Below are positions 43,232 through 56,107 of a DNA stretch of 64,000 nt, one piece after another. The notes under the pieces were generated by a model. It had not been told where the DNA came from. It saw nothing but the letters and a program-made list of their open reading frames with translations, and ran no database searches. The translations under genes and the position numbers were made by a program. Positions within the stretch are counted from its first letter, which is position 1. Each line of letters begins with the position of its first letter. The stretch covers positions 310,001-374,000 of the forward strand of contig OZ025798.1 in assembly GCA_964019425.1 (NCBI GenBank). Reading direction: 5' to 3'. The stretch is from Flectonema sp. DT1601 (Eukaryota).

Positions 43232-43986
43232 CATAGATGGAAGTGCCCTCTAAATTTGGAGGGCGTCTGGTGAAAATCAGCCACAAAAATTTGTAGGGCC
43301 AAAATAGGGCCATTGTAGGGCCAAAATAGGGCGCTGGAGGGCGCGTAGGGCGCTTTTTTAATTAAATTTAATATAATGCCGAGCTCATTTTGACACACCC
43401 CTGCCCTCAGCGAGGGTCGAATCGCATCTTATTTGACTTTTCTCCGGTTCGCCTGATCAAATGCGTCTCTGGGATATCAGTTTACTTGCCACCAGTAAAC
43501 TTCTTTTTTTTCTCACACGGTACCGTGAAGACCGGCCTATTAACAGGTTAGCAAGAACGCACTCACCCTCCTCGAATCCCTTATATTCGACTCGGTGCAT
43601 TCTGCGGGCTAATCAGCTCCTTGTAGATCTGGGATGCATCGTCCACTGAAATGAGTTTCAGCTTCAGGGATTGCAGCAGGCCCGGAAGCTCTCAAGGAGT
43701 GGCCCATTGTTTTTGCCATTGTTGACCTCCGAACCATGACCTGGAGGTCTCAGGTTCGAACCCCTTGACACCCTTTTTTTTTTTCGAAAGACTGCCAAGC
43801 ATGTCAAAAAAAAAAATTTTGGCTTCTGCGTCAAATACTTGTGCGTCAGTGTAAGTCCCCGTCAACTTAGCTGTCTTATAGTAATAAAAAAAGTAAAAAA
43901 AAGCGCCCTCCAAAATAATATTTATATTAAAAGCGCCCTACAAGCGCCCTACACGCCCTCCAAATTGTAGGGCACTTCCATCTATG
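43232..43986. mobile_element. MITE with CATAGATGGAAGTGCCCT TIRs and 6-bp TSD (TCTTTT)
   Basis: 18-bp perfect TIR extending imperfectly to ~33 bp. TCTTTT directly on both sides. Subterminal AGGGC repeats. Second copy at 60106-60820. Confidence 0.92.
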
Positions 43987-46023
43987 TCTTTTCTTAATAA
44001 AAAAAAAGAAAGTTGGTTTTTTTTTGTATCAAAATCAGATTATGGCTTTTTTCTACACCCAAACAACACACACAAAGATGGAAGCTCAGCTGTGAGCAAA
44101 GCTTCTAGTAATTAATATTTAAAAAATAAAATCTTTTTTTTTTTTTTTTTTTTGTTCATCCAAAAGTTGTAAGCACAAAACATAATGTCGCAGATAAAGA
44201 CCCCCTTTATAATCGTACCACTACTAATACAAAGAGGTAAAAAAGGTTCATAGCGATTAGTAATCGCGGGGGAAAAGTAATTTTCAGAGAGGATTGTTTT
44301 TTCCTTTACGATTCATTACACCAACATCCTAACACTAGTGAGATAAGGAGTTCTATTACATACTGAGCATCAGTGATACAGCAAACTATGGAGTGTCGGG
44401 TAAACCCATGGGCTGCCGTGTCGGTGCGCCGTTGTGTGTTTTTAACAGAATGCTCGGGTTCCTTTCCTTCTAACAAAAGAGATAATATTATGTTGAGATT
44501 CTTTTTCGGTTCATTATCAAAACTGTAAGCTTTGAAAGGTAAGAAATGAAGAAAGTGAAGTCGGGCTGTCGCTGTAGTCGTCTTCTTGAACGTGCATGAG
44601 GTCCCTTTTTTTTCCTGAAATAAAAGAAAATGCGCATTTTTTTCTTGCTCAGTGTAACACTAAAAATGAGCAAACCGACACATACTTGACGAGATCAGAT
44701 TCTAGTATTCAGGTACCTGATGCAATCAAGTAGGCGGTTTTCTGCCCTCAGCTATGGCATTTTCCATGCTTCGGTTCAGATAGATAGAAAAGGAAATCTA
44801 CCTCCGAGGGTAGACCAATAGTGAACGTGTCAGTTGGTTAATATTAATAGTTACCAGTCAATCAAAAAAAAATCAAACGCAAAAATTCGCAGGGTAGACA
44901 AATAGTGAATGTTTTTTAGCAAAATACAGAACTGATGACTACGAGGGGTTTGGGTAGCCCGCATCAGTAAGGGCCCGATCGCGAAGATCGTGGTTTTATA
45001 GTTAGTATCATTAATTTTAGAACAGAAAAGTGAGAATAAGAAAAGTAGAGATTAGTAAAAGAAAAGTATTCATTTCTGCAGTTTCCTAACATCAAATGGT
45101 AATAGAATATGTAGTTTCAGGAGCCTTAATCTTAAACTACTTCCCTTTTTAGGCCTTAGTTGGTTAGTTAGTTATCAAGTCCATCAGACCACCGAGTATC
45201 GGTTAGGTAGACACTCAAAGAGTACCGGGTGGCTCTTCTGAGGGTCCCCAATACTGCGGTAGTAGGAAGAACCTAATCCCGGGGGGGGATTATTTTGTTA
45301 GTATCAGCACAGGGCATATTAGATCAGGAGATCTAGAAACACTTTGCTTCCACCTTGTCTGGTATACTAGCAGGAAACCACGCAATTAAGTAAACAAAAA
45401 AAAAAAAAAAAAAAATTATAGCTTCGACTGTAGAAGGTAAAAAGATGAAAAAATTATTTTTCATTCCATGTACAGCATCTTGCTTCACAATACGACTATA
45501 TGTGCTATGTGCGGAACAGTACCGAGGATTGTTCACTTATAATTGTGGGCTTACTAAAAGCTCTATAAAAATACCACAAAAATTGGGGAGCACATAGCCA
45601 TAAGGATCAAGTTAGATGACAGTTAGTTTATAGTCATAGTGAAACGTGGTTAGAATATAGTTAGTTAGTGGATATAGGTTTAGTCATTTCGGAAGGGGAA
45701 AAAAAAACAAAATCAAAAACAAGAAATCCTCGAAAAAGACTACTACAACAAAAAAAGAATCGGCTTCATCTTAAACAACACAGAAAATAGTAATGTGATA
45801 CTTGGTAATGTTTTGTGAACAAAACCCACGAAAAGAACTACAACAAAAAAGAACAAGAATGTTAAGTTCACTACGTGAAAACCTGCTTTTGATGCACACA
45901 GTACAGTGAGTTGTCATTGCCAGACATATTAAGCTTTTCGCGTTTAACAAAACAGTTTGCGTCTCACAAACGATGAGAATCGCCGAATAGGCAGCCAGTA
46001 TTAATTATAAAAAACCAACAGAA

Positions 46024-46059
<36 letters not shown>

Positions 46060-46581
46060 AACGAGAGGAAATGGGCAACGAAGCCTTGAACATTACTTAG
46101 TTGCGAACATAACTTAGAGAGGGAGGGAGAGGCAGAGAGAGGAAGCTGAGAGGGTACAAAAACCTTTCAAATAAGCCTTATATTTTGATAATCGCAGATA
46201 GTAGTAGCGAGATAGAATAATTGGCTCTTAATCTGAATGATTTGTTCCGATGTTGTCGAAGCAAAAAAAAAAAAAACGGAATTGACTTTGATTGAGCGAA
46301 CACTAACGTTTAAAATACTGACGGGAAAATAAAATAAAAAACCAAATCCAACACCATCCCCACACACATTTAAAGTGTTTTTTTTTTTTTTTTTTTCTCC
46401 CTCTTTTCTTCTCCTTAATTAAGAATCCGATACCGGAGACTTTATAAAAAAGAACAAAGTTTCAACATCGTGTAATCCGCTTTGTAGAAATGAAGAATGA
46501 AAAATAAATATAACGCAACTGCCATGGGTTTTTACTTATTTAAGTAAACGATAGCTATTGCTCTCTCTCACATCCACTCGT

Positions 46582-47667
46582 TTATATCACACGAGCTTTA
46601 TAAGACTTTTGCTGAGGTGAGTTTGACATTGGTGGAGGAGTGCTCCCGCCTTGATAGCGTAGATTTTCAACTTCCGCCCGAAGTGCTTTCAATTCTTCTA
46701 TCACTTCTCGATTGCTTGGCATGTCACTACGTTCAGATAGCTCAGTCTCACCTGTTACGTACAAGGGTTCTTTACCAGCTTCCATTTCATGTCTCGCTTT
46801 ATCTTCAGCATTTTTAGTATACGCTGCAATTGCTGTATCAAGAACCGAGAAGATGCAAGCACCAGTGAAGACACCAATCCAACCAAAGACTGATCCCAAC
46901 AAGTCAAGTAGAGACTGTCCTGATTTGTGTTTAATTTTCATTATATCGAAAGTCGCTGGTAAGATATGAACTTCGAATTGATTATTTGGGCGATCTGAAT
47001 ACTGAGTGGTTGCGAATTCAGTTGAATTCTTAATACTGCCATTGAGGTAATGTTGTTGTGATAATTTGTATGAAATTGAAGCAACGTTTCCAAACCCGAT
47101 GTAAACAGGAGCTGGCATCTCTCGTTCATTAATTGTTTCACCCCTAGCTAAAGCCATCATAGTAATATCATCGCCCATAAATCCAACCCACGTTGAGGAA
47201 TCATGATTCTGAAATTCACATTCTTGTGGGATAGATTCCAGCGAGTCAACGTGTTTGTTATTTTTATTGTATCGAACACTGAAGGATACATTCAAGAAAT
47301 CTAGGGGATTTTCATAACCAATACCCAGTTCCCTTAATTTAATACCGTTTACGAGATATCCAACCTCAGAGTTGTTTGATAATTCAACTGCTGCTTCACA
47401 GTCTATTGAGGTTGGTAATCTATTCTTAATTTTATAAAAACTACATCCTTCCGCATGAAGATGACATAATTTTCCCATATTTGTCGGTGCGAAAACCCAT
47501 GGCACGCTCAAATCATTAAGCTGGTCGGTTTCGATGTCAACCGTGTTTTTTCTTCCAGTTTGAACGTAAAAAACACTCAGTTTGATCACGAAGAATGCAC
47601 AAATCCCCCACAACAACAACAATATAATCATCCTCACAATCTGTAACTTTCTCTTGCTGAGTGCCAT
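46582..47667 (-). CDS. Two-TM ENaC/DEG-like channel subunit, paralog 1 (361 aa)
   Basis: TM1, glycosylated ectodomain, TM2 LLGSVFGWIGVFTGACIFSVLD, C-terminal coiled coil. Start MALSKRK follows the conserved AG acceptor. Confidence 0.75.
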   Translation of the reverse strand: MALSKRKLQIVRMIILLLLWGICAFFVIKLSVFYVQTGRKNTVDIETDQLNDLSVPWVFAPTNMGKLCHLHAEGCSFYKIKNRLPTSIDCEAAVELSNNSEVGYLVNGIKLRELGIGYENPLDFLNVSFSVRYNKNNKHVDSLESIPQECEFQNHDSSTWVGFMGDDITMMALARGETINEREMPAPVYIGFGNVASISYKLSQQHYLNGSIKNSTEFATTQYSDRPNNQFEVHILPATFDIMKIKHKSGQSLLDLLGSVFGWIGVFTGACIFSVLDTAIAAYTKNAEDKARHEMEAGKEPLYVTGETELSERSDMPSNREVIEELKALRAEVENLRYQGGSTPPPMSNSPQQKSYKARVI

Positions 47668-50364
47668 AGTAAAAGGTGATATAAGTATAACCTGTTTGAA
47701 ATAAAAAAAATAATAAAATAGCAGAAGGAGAGTATCATAAAAATAAAATAAATAAATCAAAATAAACCAATTAAAATGTCTTACGCAGTAAAGGGACAGC
47801 TTTAGCTGGCATGATAGCGGTTTATTTTAAAAAAAAAAAAAAAACAAGAGAGAGTAATAATGGGATAAAAACTAAAATAAATTAATTAGGGAAGATGCTT
47901 AAGTTGACATAATTTCTAACTCTCCATCATAACTATCGTTTTGTAGTAACGATAATTAAACTGCTTTGTGCTGAATTATTATATCGAATTAATCATCCAC
48001 CCCAATTAACACACACAATCAACCGTTAACTGTATATTTATGAGTGCTAGGTTACTCACAGCAACAGAGGAGACTCCGTATTGATTGTTGAATTAGCTTC
48101 AGCTGAAGGGATGCAATTTGTCTTATATGATTAATGGACACCCATCTTCAGCTTTCCACCTAAAATAGATAAGAGGTAATATAGGAACTCACTCGTAGAG
48201 CATTATTATATATTAAAAGCTAGATTTGGCAAAGCAGACCATTTCTTGAATTGAACCACACTGGATCAATTCTAGAATCAGAAGACGTAATCTTCTTCAG
48301 GTATGAAATAAAATGTTTTGGTTTTTTTATCAGAAATATCAAAATATGAATTTGTTATCAAATTGTTCATAGAATAAAGAGGTTTCCTTTTTTTTTTTTT
48401 AAAAGAAACCTCTTGTATGGTGCCGTTCTATTACCTTAGAACATTAGTTCGTTATCGAACTGTTCATATTTTATTTACGAAAGCCTAGGAAGCCAAAAGT
48501 CAGGAAAAGCTCAACAGGGAAACATGGTTATATCGCTACCAACAACCGTGAGACTGGATAGAATGACCTGAAACAAATGATTACCTAAACCCACCGCCCG
48601 CGTGAGCAGACAGTGTTAGAGACGGCTGATAACGCCAATTTTTATCAAAGAGAGGGAGAACAGAACACGCCACATTGGATCAGAAAATAAATGTAAAATA
48701 AAGAACAGATTTTTTTAAAAAACCCTATTATCTTGTGCTGTTCAATTACTTTTATTTATTTTATTTACTTAGAACACAAAAGTTTGCAAAAAAAAAAAAG
48801 GGTTGCAAAAACACGTTGTTCTATTGATCAAAAAAAAAAAAAAAAAACTGCGGCATGCGTGTTCTATTAGCTAAGTCACCATCGAAATAAATAAATAAAT
48901 ATATAAATAAATAATCGATCTACTAAGATAATATAACACTTCAGCCGTATATTTCGTTGAACAGAGAGGGGACACATTATGATAAATAAATATTGTCTTT
49001 ATCGACAGTGTTCATCGACGACCGGAGTCTTTCCTTGAGATCAGGTGAAACATGTCGATTTGTATCAGATTTACTCTCTGATGCTTTTCCATTCACGGAA
49101 CTGTTCGTGTGATTCTCGGAGTTTCCTTCTTTTGGAGTGCCTCGTATCATTAACATTTTCTTCTCCGACGTCGTTGGTGCAAAAAAATAAATAAAAAAAG
49201 GGGGGGGAAAATATTCAAATCAGTGTTCTCGGTAACCCGGTTTGCATGACTGGAGTGTAGTTACGTTTAGTTTATTTTATTGGAACTTAAAAAAACGGAG
49301 AGGGGGGTGAAACTTTAACAATGTAAAAGCGGTAACAACTTTAGGTATTAAAAACAAAATTAATATCAAGTACTTGACTGAAAAATATTTGTAGTTAGTT
49401 AGAATATGAGTTTATTTAATAATTATCAGTCAATCAAAAAAAAAGGGCAAAATTTCGTAGGACAAGTTAGTTGGTTAGTATTAATGGTTAGTTATATAAT
49501 CCAACGTTACTGTATATTATGAGTGCTCTAGGAGGGTAACTCACAGTAACAGAGGACCCAATCCGTAGCCATATCCCAAGATTTCGCATGGATTGTTGAA
49601 GTAGCATCGACTGAAAGATTAATGAATACCAATCTCCAGCTTTCCGCCTCGCCGCAGCTTATTAAACTATCGAACTAAAATAAAACAAAAAAAAAATTAA
49701 AAAAATGAATAAAATAAAATAAAAATCAACAAAATTAAAACGGGATAAAAACAATTACCCTGATAATGTACTAAAGTACTCGTAGAGCATTAAATATTAA
49801 CGCTAGGTTGGCTGCAGCCCTTTTTTTGAATCGATCCGAGTAAATTTAGAATACCAGGAATAAATTAAAATGTTGGTTTTTATTTTTATCCGAATTCAAG
49901 AAACAGTATAACTCCAAGTCCCACAAGAGGTCGTAGACCTTTTCAATTTCATTTGCGTAATAAACTTCTGAGATCAGTTTTCTGACTACCTCCTTACACT
50001 TTGAATCAAGTGTGGAAACAGCGGAATGAACGGACAAATATTTGACAAGGCGTTGTCGTAGTTGTTAATCAAAGAAAATTATTTTGCTATATCGAATAGC
50101 AAGACAGAACTAATACTCCACAATTAGTATCAACAAAAATCGTGGGACACCAAACACGTCGGTTTTAGACTAAAATTAAAAGAAACTGAAGAAAGTACAT
50201 CGTCGCTGAAGATAAAAACCGTTGTACCAAAGAGCTCTTTAATGGTAGTAATAAAGCAGCGGTAACTTTGGTAGTCGAAAAATGAAAATAAGAATCGGCA
50301 ACTTCACTTAATAATTCGTACACTTCGCTTTTGATTGCGCACAAACCCGGAAACAAGTTTATAT

Positions 50365-51399
50365 TTATTTCAGTTCCGTGAACAATGATGGGTTTCCTCG
50401 ATATTTCAAATCCTCGACTTCTGCCTGCAGCATATCAAATCTTTCCATAATCTCACGAATACGAGACGCTGAATCACCATTTTCACAAAGTTCAGTGTCC
50501 GGGATAAGCTTTTCGTTGACTCGCTCGAAGAAATTGTCCTGAGATTTTTCAGCCTCGCTGTAGGTTGCAATGGCTGTGTCTATAAAAGAGAATATGCAGG
50601 TACCTGTGAAAATACCAACCCAACCGAATATGGATCCCAACAAGTCAAACAATGACTGCCCACGCTCGTGTTTAATTTTCGTAATATCGAAAGAAGCTGG
50701 CAAGACGTTAACCGTAATTTCGTTTTTCTGATAGTCGCGGAATTGAGTGGTTGCGAATTCAGTTGAATTCTTAATGGTGCCATTGAGGTATTGTTGTTGT
50801 GATAATTTGTATGAAATTGAAGCAACGTTTCCAAATCCGATGTAAACAGGAGCTGGCCTGTCTAGTTCATTAATGGGTTCACCCCTAGCTATCGCATTCA
50901 TGATTACATCATCACCCAACAGTGCAATCTGCGTAGACGACTCACTTGAAGCGGAATTACACGCGTCTGGAATCGAGTCATTCGGATTTACCAATTCGAG
51001 TGTGTCTCTATATCTAACGCTAAAAGTCAGAGTCATATAGTCATAAGGGTGTGTGAAACTAATACCTAACGCTTTCAGTAACAAACTATTAGCCATGTAT
51101 GAGTTCTCCGTTTCTAGAACCTGAACAGCACTTGTGCAGTTTAGATATTCATCTGTTGTCCACCTCGAGAAACGACAATCGTCCGGTTTCAGTATGCACT
51201 CCCCTCCTATAAGGCCAGGAGTATATAACCAGGGCACACTGATATCGTTTTCACGCTCTGTCTCTATATCGATTGTATTCTTACTACCAGTTTCGACATA
51301 GTCAATACTCAGCTTCACAATAACGTAAGCACAAATCCCCCACAAGATCAACAATATAAGCAGCCTCGCAATCTGTAACTTTCTCTTGCTGAGTGCCAT
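50365..51399 (-). CDS. Two-TM ENaC/DEG-like channel subunit, paralog 2 (344 aa)
   Basis: As paralog 1. TM2 LLGSIFGWVGIFTGTCIFSFID. Confidence 0.75.
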   Translation of the reverse strand: MALSKRKLQIARLLILLILWGICAYVIVKLSIDYVETGSKNTIDIETERENDISVPWLYTPGLIGGECILKPDDCRFSRWTTDEYLNCTSAVQVLETENSYMANSLLLKALGISFTHPYDYMTLTFSVRYRDTLELVNPNDSIPDACNSASSESSTQIALLGDDVIMNAIARGEPINELDRPAPVYIGFGNVASISYKLSQQQYLNGTIKNSTEFATTQFRDYQKNEITVNVLPASFDITKIKHERGQSLFDLLGSIFGWVGIFTGTCIFSFIDTAIATYSEAEKSQDNFFERVNEKLIPDTELCENGDSASRIREIMERFDMLQAEVEDLKYRGNPSLFTELK

Positions 51400-51746
51400 A
51401 GTAAAAGGTGATATAAGTATAACCTGTTTGAAAAAGATAAATACTGTAATTATAAATATCACGGTGTATAAATCTTGGGGTTGGATACCGTCTTGGAACC
51501 ACTGCGAAAGTAGCGCCTGAAGCAGAACTCCCATCAGCTCGGTCAAGGTTTCTGGAGCAATAGTCCCATACTTTATTAAAAAACGCTCCAATCGGATCTA
51601 AACTAACTAAAAAACACTCCAATCGGATTGCCCTGGCCTCGCAGTTTTTGACCAGTTTAGGGGGCAGATAACTGAGGAAGTCCTTCGTCGATTTGAAGGC
51701 GGATGGACTTCTCATCTCTAGCCTTGATAGCATTACGAAAAATACT

Positions 51747-51775
51747 CTCCAAATTGTAGGGCACTTCCATCTATG
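51747..51775. mobile_element. Solo right terminus of the CATAG MITE
   Basis: CTCCAAATTGTAGGGCACTTCCATCTATG is identical to the ends at 43986 and 60820. Confidence 0.85.
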
Positions 51776-54638
51776 AAATAACAAAGAAAAAAAAAGAAAC
51801 AAAGAAAGAAAATCACATTGTTCGGTACCATTAGTTAGAATATCATGCTACTGTTTTCATAAAACACTGCGGAATACGTGTTCTATTTATGGAGTCGCTA
51901 TTAACCATAAATAGCGGGGGTTATCAAAATAAATAAAAAAATAATCGATCAACTAAGTTAATATAACACTTTTTGAGTTTTTATTGTGGTAACCACTCAG
52001 ATATTAGCCTAATATTTCGTTGAACACAAACGGAATCCTGTCGCACGTGGGAGATAAGTCATGACCATTCGAAATATCGGCTATCAATCTGAATAGTGTT
52101 TTCTCTAACTATTTCGTTGATACAAAAAAAAAAAAAAAAAAAAAAAATGCGAATAATTGTAATTTGCGAACTTCATCGGCGGTGTTCGTCGACAACCAGA
52201 GTCTGGCTACCTCTGAACAGTTTTCTTCCGTCGGTGCAGAAAAAAGAAAATAAATAAAATATGTGCATTCATTGGGGGGATGCTTAAGTTGATATGATTC
52301 AACTCGAAACAGTTTCATTATCGTCGAGCGGGGATTCCGGCTCCGAGCGCCATCACCACAAGATGATAATTATGGTTTGAGAGATAGAACACCCCAATAA
52401 CTTGTTAAATAACTTTATGGCATTAAATATATATTTAATAAATAAATCGGAGGAGACTCCGTATGGATTGTTGAATTAGCTTCAGCTGAAGGGATGCAAT
52501 TTATTTTATATGATTAATGGACACCCATCTTCAGCTTTCCACCTAAAATAGATAAGAGGTAATATAGGAACTCACTCGTAGAGCATTATTATATATTAAA
52601 AGCTAGATTTGGCAAAGCAGACCATTTCTTGAATTGAACCACACTGGATCAATTCTAGAATCAGAAGACGTAATCTTCTTCAGGTATGAAATAAAATGTT
52701 TTGGTTTTTTTATCGGAAATATCAAAATATGAATTTGTTATCAAATTGTTCATAAAATAAACAGGTTTCTTTTTTTTTTTTTTTTTAAAAGAAACCTATT
52801 GTATGCCAATTTTTGTCAAAGAGAGGAGAACAGAACACGCCACATTGGATCAGAAAATAATAGAAAATAAAGAAAACTATTATCTTGTGTTGTTTTGTGT
52901 TCTATTACTTAGAACACAAAAGTTCGCAACCAAATTGTTTTTTTTTTTTTTTTTTTAAAAGCAAAATACAAACTGACTACGAGGGGTCTGGGTAGCCCGC
53001 ATCAGTAAGGACCCAATCGCGAAGATTGCAGTTTCATAGTATCGGCCGGAAGTGATAGACTTCCAGCCTCCACCTTGCCCAGAGGCTAACAGGTTGTAAA
53101 CAACTAAAGAAAATAAAAGAGAAATGATCTGGGAGTGGGGGGAAGGTGAAAAAAATAAAAAACCTTCTTGCTTCCATATACATCTTTCTTTATAATACGA
53201 CTACATGTGCCATATGCCCAAACTCCACGAAAGAAAACAGAAAACCCCGGAACAGTACCGAGGATCGTTCACCCCAGTTGTCCAAAGCATTATAATTGTA
53301 CTGTGGGCTTACCGAAAAGCTTTAGAAAAGTACCACAAAAGAATTGGGCAGCACATAGCCATATCACTCAGCAAGAAATGAAAACCAAAAGGATCAGGCA
53401 AGATGACAGTCAGTTTAAGGTCATAACTGCGCCGGACCAAAATTGTTCGTAAATTATAAAATAAAGAAAAGGTTTTTTTTTTTTTAAAGAAAATAATATT
53501 ATAAAATAATATTATATAAAAAAAAAAAAATCACATTGGTGCTGTTAGATTATGAGTTTATAATTAGATTGTTGTATTAAATCAAACAATATTTATTAAA
53601 AAAAAAGGGCTGCAAAAACACGTTGTTCTACTGATCAAAAAACAAAAAAACTGCGGCATGCGTGTTCTATTAGCTAAGTCACTATCGAAATAAATAAATA
53701 AATAAATAATCGATCTACTAAGATAATATAACACTTCAGCCGTATATTTCGTTGAACAGAGACTGTCGCACAGGGGACACACTATGATAAAGAAATATTG
53801 TCTTTATCGACAGTGTTCATCGACGACCGGAGTCTTGCTTCCTTGAGATCAGGTGAAACATGTTGATATATATCAGATTTACTCTCCGATGCTTTTCCAT
53901 TCACGGAACTGTTCGTGTGATTCTCGGAGTCTCCTTCTTTTGGAGTGCTTCGTACCATTAACATTTTCTCCTCCGACGTCGTTGGTGCAAAAAAATAAAT
54001 AAAAAAAGAAGGAAAATATTCAAATCACAGACAGAATAAACCGAAGAAAGGAAAGGGGGAGGGACTAAATGGTTTTAAATTTGTAAAAAATACAACTGTA
54101 TTGTATCACATTAACATAACGATAATTCATCTGTAAGGATACAGTCTTAACTTAGCCTTTTAAAGTAACTATTACGTTTCGAGAGTAATCCATACACTTC
54201 TATTCTCATCATCAGCATGGCATAGAAGTATACGTCAGTCAATTATTGAGACCGAGGCACCCCGGCTAGCAGAACTGGAGTGTAGTTACGTTTAGTTTAT
54301 TTTATTGGAACTTAAAAAAACGGAGAGGGGGGGGGAAAACAACTGAACTCAACTATTTTGCTATATCGAATAGCAAGACAGAACTAATACTCCACAATTA
54401 GTATCAACAAAAATCGTGGGTCACCAAACACGTCGGTTTTAGACTAGAATTAAAAGAAACCGAAGAAAGTACATCACCGCTGAAGATAAAAACTGTTGTA
54501 CCAAAGACCTCTATAACGGTGGTAATAAAGTAGCGGTGACTTTGGTAATCGAAAAATGAAAATAAGAATCGGCAACTTCACTAAATAATTCGTACACTTC
54601 GCTTTTGATTGCGCACAAACCCGGAAACAAGTTTATAT

Positions 54639-55679
54639 TTATTTCAGCTCCATAAACGATGGTAGTGGAGTGATTCCTCGATATTTCAAATCCTCGACTT
54701 CTGCCTGCAGCATATTAAATCTTTCCATAATCTCACGAATACGAGACGCTGAATCACCATTTTCACAAAGTTCAGTGTCCGGGATAAGCTTTTCGTTGAC
54801 TCGCTCGAAGAAATTGTCCTGAGATTTTTCAGCCTCGCTGTAGGTTGCAATGGCTGTGTCTATAAAAGAGAATATGCAGGTACCTGTGAAAATACCAACC
54901 CAACCGAATATGGATCCCAACAAGTCAAACAATGACTGCCCACGCTCGTGTTTAATTTTCGTAATATCGAAAGAAGCTGGCAAGACGTTAACCGTAATTT
55001 CGTTTTTCTGATAGTCGCGGAATTGAGTGGTTGCGAATTCAGTTGAATTCTTAATGGTGCCATTGAGGTATTGTTGTTGTGATAATTTATATGAAATTGA
55101 AGCAACGTTTCCAAACCCGATGTAAACAGGAGCTGGCCTGTCTAATTCATCAATGGGTTCACCCCTAGCTATCGCATTCATGATTACATCATCACCCAAC
55201 AGTGCAATCTGCGTAGACGACTCACTTGTAGCGGAAATACACGCGTCTGGAATCGAGTCGTTCGGATTTACCAATGCACCTGTGCCTATATATCTAACGC
55301 TAAAAGACAGAGTCATATAGTCATAAGGATGCGTGAAACTAATACCTAATTTTGTCAGCAAAAAACTATTAACAATGTATGAGTTCTCCGTTGCTAGAAT
55401 CTGAACAGCACTTGTGCAGTTTAGATATTCATCTGTTGTCCACTTCGAGAAACGACATTCATCCGGTTTGAGTACGCACGCCTCTCCTATAAGGCCAGGA
55501 GTATATACCCAAGGCACACTGATATCGTTTTCACGCTCTGTTTCTATACTAATTGTATTCTTACTACCAGTTTCGACATAGTCAACACTCAGCTTCACAA
55601 TAACGTAAGTACAAATCCCCCACAAGATCAACAATATAAGCAACCTCGCAATCTGTAACTTTCTCTTGCTGAGTGCCAT
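54639..55679 (-). CDS. Two-TM ENaC/DEG-like channel subunit, paralog 3 (346 aa)
   Basis: As above. C-terminal half almost identical to paralog 2. Confidence 0.75.
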   Translation of the reverse strand: MALSKRKLQIARLLILLILWGICTYVIVKLSVDYVETGSKNTISIETERENDISVPWVYTPGLIGEACVLKPDECRFSKWTTDEYLNCTSAVQILATENSYIVNSFLLTKLGISFTHPYDYMTLSFSVRYIGTGALVNPNDSIPDACISATSESSTQIALLGDDVIMNAIARGEPIDELDRPAPVYIGFGNVASISYKLSQQQYLNGTIKNSTEFATTQFRDYQKNEITVNVLPASFDITKIKHERGQSLFDLLGSIFGWVGIFTGTCIFSFIDTAIATYSEAEKSQDNFFERVNEKLIPDTELCENGDSASRIREIMERFNMLQAEVEDLKYRGITPLPSFMELK

Positions 55680-56074
55680 AGTAAAAGGTGATATAAGTAT
55701 AACCTGTTTGAAATATATAAATAATTAAGTTATAACCTGTCCTACTCATCATGTTTGCCCTTCTCTGTAAAGGGGCAGCTTAAGTTAGAATATGTCAGTT
55801 AGAATATAAGAAATCATTAATAGTTTTCAGTGTCATATTATGAGTGCTCTAGGAGGGTAACTGCAGCAACAGAGGACCCATTGGTATTGATAGTTATCAG
55901 TCAATCAAAAAAGAATTGGCTTTATCTTCAACTATACAGAAAATAATAATAATAATATAACACTGTGATTTTTTGTTTGTGCACGAAACCGTGAACCGAC
56001 TTAAACTGATAAAGCTAAAGGAGGTTTACGTGTGCTGCCAACATTCTTTTTCGTTCTTACAATGTTTGTTAAAT

Positions 56075-56107
<33 letters not shown>

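Noticed and set aside
43743..43775. Functional tRNA gene
   Set aside because: Only a T-arm-like half; no D-arm/A-box or acceptor stem, and it lies inside a MITE.
44931..44990. Hammerhead ribozyme (CTGATGA core)
   Set aside because: No GAAA after a stem II, and CTGATG is sequestered by CATCAG. Kept only as a generic structured module.
47668..47760. N-terminal extensions of channel ORFs in the ORF track (also 51400-51591 and 58983-59105)
   Set aside because: They are not conserved beyond the shared AG acceptor about 25 nt upstream of MALSKRK and are probably intron or outron sequence.
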